DNA of 64,000 nucleotides from an uncultured Methanosarcinales archaeon (GTDB lineage Archaea; Nanobdellota; Nanobdellia; Woesearchaeales; CAZYIM01): NCBI GenBank assembly GCA_964647565.1, contig CAZYIM010000002.1, positions 16,235 to 80,234 of the forward strand, read 5' to 3'. Shown piece by piece: positions 59,611 to 64,000 of this stretch (position 1 is its first letter; each line of letters starts with the position of its first letter). The notes under the pieces were generated by a model. It saw only the letters and a program-made list of their open reading frames with translations, ran no database searches and was not told where the DNA came from. The position numbers and the translations under genes were made by a program.

Positions 59611-60497
59611 AGATGCATCATAAGTGCTAAGTGAGTCAGGTCTGCGGCTTCTTCTACAATCTTTAGTGCCTGCATCGAGAATCTTGCGCTGGCTGCGTCA
59701 AGGTCTTGGATCTTAAGCTGCTTTTCCCTGAGTTTGCTTTTATACGTTATCAGCTCCCAGACCTTTTTTTGGTTGTTCTGGAAATAGACTTCAAAGGCAA
59801 GTTCCAATCCTTTTTGGGACAATAGAAAGAGTTCTTTTATCTGCTTGTCTCTTTTCACATCATATTTTACACTGGTCCTCCAGGCCCTGAAGATCTCATC
59901 GCCGATCTTTTCAAGTGCAAATGCATAGGCAAAAAGTATCTTGCCGCCTGTTGAGTCTGCATAGGCATGCTTGACTATCGACCTTTCAAGAAAAAGCGCG
60001 AACTTGTTGATCTCCATGTCCCGCTCCCTTAACTTGTCCATGCTGGCCTTGTTCTCTCCGAATATGTCCTCGATTGCAGAGTCATAAAACCTGAGTATCA
60101 TCTGGAAGACCTGCTTAAAGATGGTGTCAAGATTCTCGATTGATGTTCCGCTTATATCCCTTATTGTATATTTATCCCCTTTCTGCGAGATGACTGCATA
60201 GCCGATATTTGTATTGAGGTTCTTGTAGAGCTCGCCGTCAAATTCCAGCTTCATCTCATCAATGCCTTTTGCATATGCAGCGTTTACATAGGTGTAGGCC
60301 ATCCGCCTGTGGAATCCCATCATGTTGAGTTTTGTTGAGTCTCCCTTGGCTCTTTTGCCTGACCTTAGTATCAGGTCTTTTTCATTGATCTCTACATCTA
60401 TCTCATCGCCCGCCTTTAGGCTGGTCTCCCTTATCCATTGGATGGGCAGGGTTATGGTTATCGCTTGGTTTGCCTGTTTGATTAGTTTTCTTTTCAT
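59607..60497 (-). CDS. AbrB/SpoVT-like plus PhoU-domain regulator (phosphate uptake regulator-like)
   Basis: N-terminal swapped-hairpin-like ITITLPIQWIRETSLKAGDEIDVEINEKDLIL. C-terminal PhoU-like helical repeats ending with LEKIGDEI. Confidence 0.55.
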   Translation of the reverse strand: MKRKLIKQANQAITITLPIQWIRETSLKAGDEIDVEINEKDLILRSGKRAKGDSTKLNMMGFHRRMAYTYVNAAYAKGIDEMKLEFDGELYKNLNTNIGYAVISQKGDKYTIRDISGTSIENLDTIFKQVFQMILRFYDSAIEDIFGENKASMDKLRERDMEINKFALFLERSIVKHAYADSTGGKILFAYAFALEKIGDEIFRAWRTSVKYDVKRDKQIKELFLLSQKGLELAFEVYFQNNQKKVWELITYKSKLREKQLKIQDLDAASARFSMQALKIVEEAADLTHLALMMHL

Positions 60498-60637
60498 TGG
60501 AAATCTCCAAGATTTACAATGTCCCAGAAATGCAGAAATTCTAATTGAATTTCTGAGGACATTTTTACTCTCTATTGATATAATTTATATAAATTATATA
60601 CGAAATATATAAATGTTTCCTTGACCAATGGTTAATT

Positions 60638-61459
60638 ATGAAAAAACACATCGATCTGCACATTCATTCCATCTACTCAGATGGGGTTCATACGCCCAAA
60701 GCCCTGGTTGTTGAAGCCGCTACAATCGGATTGGATGCAATCGCCATATCAGACCATGATATAACAGATTCATGGCCCGAGCTAAAAGAAGAGGCAGATA
60801 AATGGGGCCTGAATGTGATGACAGGAGTTGAGATATCCACGCCAGACTACCACATTCTCGGCTATGGTTTTGATATTAAGAATACTGATTTACAGGATGC
60901 GCTATCTTTTTCAAGGGATATCCAGGAAGACACCTGCAAGAAGCGGATTGAGAAACTGGTTGGCATTGGCATTCCGATAAGCTTTGATATGGTCAGAGGA
61001 TATTTTCCAAAGTCCCGGCTCGGCAAGGGCAACCTGTTCATGACCATGCTTCGGGATCCTGGCTGCAGGTATTTTATCCATGAGCGGCAGGGCATGTATG
61101 ATCCTGCAAAGATATTCCTGCATTACTTTGGCGATAATGCTGCGGCGTCGCATATTGACTATCTTGAAGAGTTGAGCCCTGAAGAGGCCATTGACTTGGT
61201 GCATGGCGCTGGTGGCAAGGCTTTCCTGGCGCATGCTTTTAAGGATGTCAAGGACATGTCAGAAATGGATGTCCTGTTAGGTTATGGATTGGATGGTCTT
61301 GAAGTGCAGCCCAACTACAACGGCAACAACGGTCCTTTCAAGAAATATGCCAAGGACAATAACATATTGGTCTCATATGGTTCTGATTTTCATGGTTTAA
61401 GATTAAGCCACAGGCCAATGCTGCTTCGAAAAGGCAATGCGATTGAGCCGTTCTGGTAG
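60638..61459 (+). CDS. PHP-domain metal-dependent phosphoesterase
   Basis: IDLHIHSIYSDGVHTP...AIAISDHD are PHP motifs I/II. Conserved His residues follow later. Confidence 0.8.
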   Translation: MKKHIDLHIHSIYSDGVHTPKALVVEAATIGLDAIAISDHDITDSWPELKEEADKWGLNVMTGVEISTPDYHILGYGFDIKNTDLQDALSFSRDIQEDTCKKRIEKLVGIGIPISFDMVRGYFPKSRLGKGNLFMTMLRDPGCRYFIHERQGMYDPAKIFLHYFGDNAAASHIDYLEELSPEEAIDLVHGAGGKAFLAHAFKDVKDMSEMDVLLGYGLDGLEVQPNYNGNNGPFKKYAKDNNILVSYGSDFHGLRLSHRPMLLRKGNAIEPFW

Positions 61460-61504
61460 CTTCTGATGATGTAAAATTAAGAACCAGATTTCTTTTAATG
61501 ATAT

Positions 61505-61784
61505 AAATAAGCATTCATCCACGGCACAGACGCCCTCCTTTCAGGAGTGCTACCCGCCCAAGGGTTACGCCCCTTGAGGACGTGTGCGACATCCTTAAAA
61601 ATATGCTTTGCGTATTTTTGGGACACCAAAAATCTTAAAGATTTTTCAGTGTTCGCCTTTGGCTCAGTCCCACTCCTTATCTAGCCCTGCGGGAATGTAT
61701 ATTAACGCCTCGCCTGGCCATGGTTCGCAAGCCTCTTTGCGAACCTGAGAACGAACGAAGTAAAGTGACCATGAATGCTTATTT
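61505..61784 (+). repeat. GC-rich structured repeat element, copy B (terminal inverted repeats AAATAAGCATTCAT / ATGAATGCTTATTT)
   Basis: 280 nt. Homologous to copy A, but carries a roughly 65-nt AT-rich two-hairpin insertion (61579-61643) and a different yet still self-complementary first hairpin (CTCCT-TTC-AGGAG versus GGACTTTC-TGC-GAAAGTCC in copy A). Confidence 0.55.
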
Positions 61785-61890
61785 CTTATTAAGGCTCTTA
61801 TGTGTATAGGGGCCTTGTATGGAAAAATTTAAATATATGTTCATATCTATTTGTTACATATATGTACCAATCTGATACAAAGGTGTAACA

Positions 61891-62202
61891 ATGAAGCAAA
61901 AACAGGTTCACTCTCCCACTCTGAAGACAGTTATGATGGTTGAGGATGTGCTTAAGAACATGGATGAGAGTGTTATAACTGTCGCTGAACTGAAACGAAG
62001 ATTGCCCAGGCAGGTGAATCATAATACTCTAAAAGAGATACTGGATTACCTGGACAAGAGCAATAAAATATATATGAATGTTAAGGGTATAACATGGTTG
62101 GTCAATGATAGTCCCAAAATGAGAGAAGCTATACGGAAAGGAGTCAAGTATGATCCAGAAAAATTCCGTAAAAAGTTAGGCAATTCTTATAAATCCATTT
62201 GA
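61891..62202 (+). CDS. hypothetical protein (possible antitoxin partner)
   Basis: 103 aa, immediately upstream of RelE-like gene. Confidence 0.35.
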   Translation: MKQKQVHSPTLKTVMMVEDVLKNMDESVITVAELKRRLPRQVNHNTLKEILDYLDKSNKIYMNVKGITWLVNDSPKMREAIRKGVKYDPEKFRKKLGNSYKSI

Positions 62203-62236
62203 TGCTGGCTAAGATATGCGATAGGTCACTTCAATA

Positions 62237-62560
62237 ATGTTTTCTGATGAAGCATCACAAGCATATGATGCCTTGGTTAAACATGCAAAAAACTCCAAGA
62301 AAGCAAGGATGATCCTTGCAGCCCTTCTTAATAAGCTGGACTTGATATTGGAGAATCCTAGATATGGGAATCCGTTAGCCAAAAGGTTGATCCCCAAAGA
62401 ATATAAGCTAAGGTATAAAGCTAAAAATTTATTTCGTGTTGAATTGCCCTGTTTCTGGAGGATGCTCTATTCCTTAACCAATGATGAGATCGAGATAATA
62501 GCTCTTGTGGTTGATGTTGTCGATCATAAGGATTACAACAAGAAATTCAGCTATGACTAA
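62237..62560 (+). CDS. RelE/ParE-like toxin family protein
   Basis: C-terminal FRVELPCFWRMLYSLTNDEIEIIALVVDVVDHKDY resembles the RelE/ParE core. Confidence 0.4.
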   Translation: MFSDEASQAYDALVKHAKNSKKARMILAALLNKLDLILENPRYGNPLAKRLIPKEYKLRYKAKNLFRVELPCFWRMLYSLTNDEIEIIALVVDVVDHKDYNKKFSYD

Positions 62561-62563
62561 CTA

Positions 62564-63028
62564 TTACTCAGTTCCTTTCTTGATATCTTTCATGGTGTCC
62601 CATTTTGCATATGTAAGGGACTGGTCCTGCTCACATTGGACCTCTATAGAATTAAGCAGCATCTCAGCCATTGGATTATCAGGCAGGCTTTTTTTGATGG
62701 CTTTTTTCAGTGCTGCACTAAACTTCTTGGCAGTTTTCTCCTTGATGAAATGGGCATTCATTGCCAGCGGCGCCTCTGTCATTATCTCAAAGAAGCCTTC
62801 TTTCTCAAAGATGAATCTCTCATAGCTCTTGGACTCAATGATATCCATGCCCATGTAGAAGATGCCTTCTTTGTACTGCTTCTCCAGATGTGTTATGAAC
62901 TTGACCAATTCCTGTTTGGCCCTGTCCTGCTCTGTGAGGTTGTCCTGCAGGCTTTCCTTTGCCTTCACAACAAAGGGCAGAAGTTCGCCGACATCCAGCA
63001 AAGGCACAAATACGTGTTTTGTTTTCAT
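62564..63028 (-). CDS. hypothetical protein
   Basis: 154-aa ORF. Confidence 0.4.
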   Translation of the reverse strand: MKTKHVFVPLLDVGELLPFVVKAKESLQDNLTEQDRAKQELVKFITHLEKQYKEGIFYMGMDIIESKSYERFIFEKEGFFEIMTEAPLAMNAHFIKEKTAKKFSAALKKAIKKSLPDNPMAEMLLNSIEVQCEQDQSLTYAKWDTMKDIKKGTE

Positions 63029-63111
63029 TTGATATTAAGTTTCTTATTATTCTTGCATTTAAATCTTTCGGAAAGCGAAGCTTTAGAAAAACTAAAGTTT
63101 TTCTTTTGTTT

Positions 63112-63891
63112 CTATTTCCAATGATGGACCAATAGGTCTATCTCTTTTTTTAACTGCGATGTGATCTTCCTGACAGCTGCTTTGTCCTTATGTTTACCCC
63201 AGAGTTTTTCAATATCCAAGGGATTTCCGAAACGTATATGTATTGTTCCAGGGTGTAATTTATTTTTTTTGGGTGTTATTACCTTATCTGTTTGTGTAAA
63301 AGCGCCTGGAACCAGTGGGACTCCGGCTCCCAGGGCAATCCTGACTGCACCAGTCTTGAACTTGAGCAGGCCTTTGTGTCTTTCATGATGTGCTTCAGGA
63401 TATATGACTAGGGTTTCTCCTTTTTTTACCCGTTCAATACATGCCTCGACTACATATTTCCTGTCCATACCGACCTTGAAAGCCTTTTTGTCCTTTTCAT
63501 CCCTGATTACCGGAAAATATCCCAGGTTGGAGACCCATGCCTGCAAAAAAGGATGTGGGATAGCATCAAAGGGTTCTGTAATCACAAAGAAATACCTGTC
63601 AAGTGTGGCGATCAGTGAAAGGGTATCGCTAAGGCTTCTATGATTCATTGCAATAACGCAAGGCCCTTTTGGCAGGAGTTCTTTATTCTGGGTTTTGACC
63701 TTGATAAAGCAAAAGGCAAAAGATATTGTTAGACATAGTTTGCCAAGCTTCTTCCAGATATAATGTTTATTTTTTGTTTTATAAAACAGAGTTACAATAT
63801 ATCCGAGAAACAGAAACAGTCCAAGAATTAATCCTGTAATTATTTTTAGATATGAATTTTGCAGGTGTAATAGGAATTTTGAGTGTTTCAT
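63112..63891 (-). CDS. 1-acyl-sn-glycerol-3-phosphate acyltransferase-like (PlsC family)
   Basis: HX4D acyltransferase motif in VIAMNHRSLSDTL. A later FPEGHR-like YPEAHHERH. N-terminal TM helices. Confidence 0.65.
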   Translation of the reverse strand: MKHSKFLLHLQNSYLKIITGLILGLFLFLGYIVTLFYKTKNKHYIWKKLGKLCLTISFAFCFIKVKTQNKELLPKGPCVIAMNHRSLSDTLSLIATLDRYFFVITEPFDAIPHPFLQAWVSNLGYFPVIRDEKDKKAFKVGMDRKYVVEACIERVKKGETLVIYPEAHHERHKGLLKFKTGAVRIALGAGVPLVPGAFTQTDKVITPKKNKLHPGTIHIRFGNPLDIEKLWGKHKDKAAVRKITSQLKKEIDLLVHHWK

Positions 63892-64000
63892 TTTTTGAAA
63901 AACAGTTCAATCACATCTTTTTCAGATGGAGGGCATTCGTCCAAATGCTTATAGTGGTTTTTTTCTGCAAATTCCTTTGTGCAATGACCGATGCAATAAA
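63888..64000 (-). CDS. C-terminal end of a Cys-rich protein (gene starts beyond window end)
   Basis: Minus-strand frame reads ...YCIGHCTKEFAEKNHYKHLDECPPSEKDVIELFFKK* and ends in a TGA that overlaps the plsC-like ATG (ATGA). Confidence 0.3.
   Translation of the reverse strand, partial: YCIGHCTKEFAEKNHYKHLDECPPSEKDVIELFFKK

Noticed and set aside
60911-61234. 107-aa minus-strand ORF inside the PHP phosphoesterase gene
   Set aside because: It is fully antisense to a gene with strong PHP motifs and has no features of its own.
1-64000. CRISPR arrays, rRNA and tRNA genes
   Set aside because: No regularly spaced direct repeats of 25-40 nt were seen. No GC-rich 75-nt cloverleaf candidates with GTTCRANYC T-loops were found in the intergenic regions inspected. 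No rRNA-like conserved blocks were found.

Overview
This 64-kb window is AT-rich (about one-third GC by eye) and reads as an archaeal chromosome segment, probably a DPANN-like or other small-genome archaeon. Hallmark archaeal genes are present: the Pop5-proteasome alpha-SBDS-Rrp4-Rrp41-Rrp42-Rpo6 superoperon, an archaeal-type ProRS, class III signal-peptide pilins, and a type IV pilus ATPase with TadC-like proteins.

The core content is the exosome superoperon (9.3-13.8 kb), ProRS, RtcA, a Ski2-like helicase, two NUDIX genes, a PHP phosphoesterase and two cytidylate-kinase-like paralogs. The accessory content includes:
- a multi-gene RHS/YD-repeat, Tc-toxin-like polymorphic toxin locus (17.9-27.3 kb) followed by two secreted cysteine-peptidase-like genes;
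- a complete type IV pilus locus with a vWA adhesin (37.5-48.7 kb);
- a GC-richer, probably horizontally acquired operon encoding HExxH and JAMM proteins (50.1-53.3 kb);
- several toxin-antitoxin-like pairs (MazF-like, MNT/HEPN, RelE-like).

Three non-coding observations stand out:
- two divergent copies of a GC-rich, roughly 220-280-nt element with 14-15-bp terminal inverted repeats and apparent compensatory substitutions (43.56 kb and 61.5 kb);
- a GC-rich structured intergenic region at 6.8-7.06 kb;
- an extreme G+T strand skew confined to the conserved 5' two-thirds of the orphan RHS-core gene at 17.94-18.6 kb.

I found no rRNA, confident tRNA or CRISPR array. All calls come from reading the translations and sequence by eye; no database searches were run.
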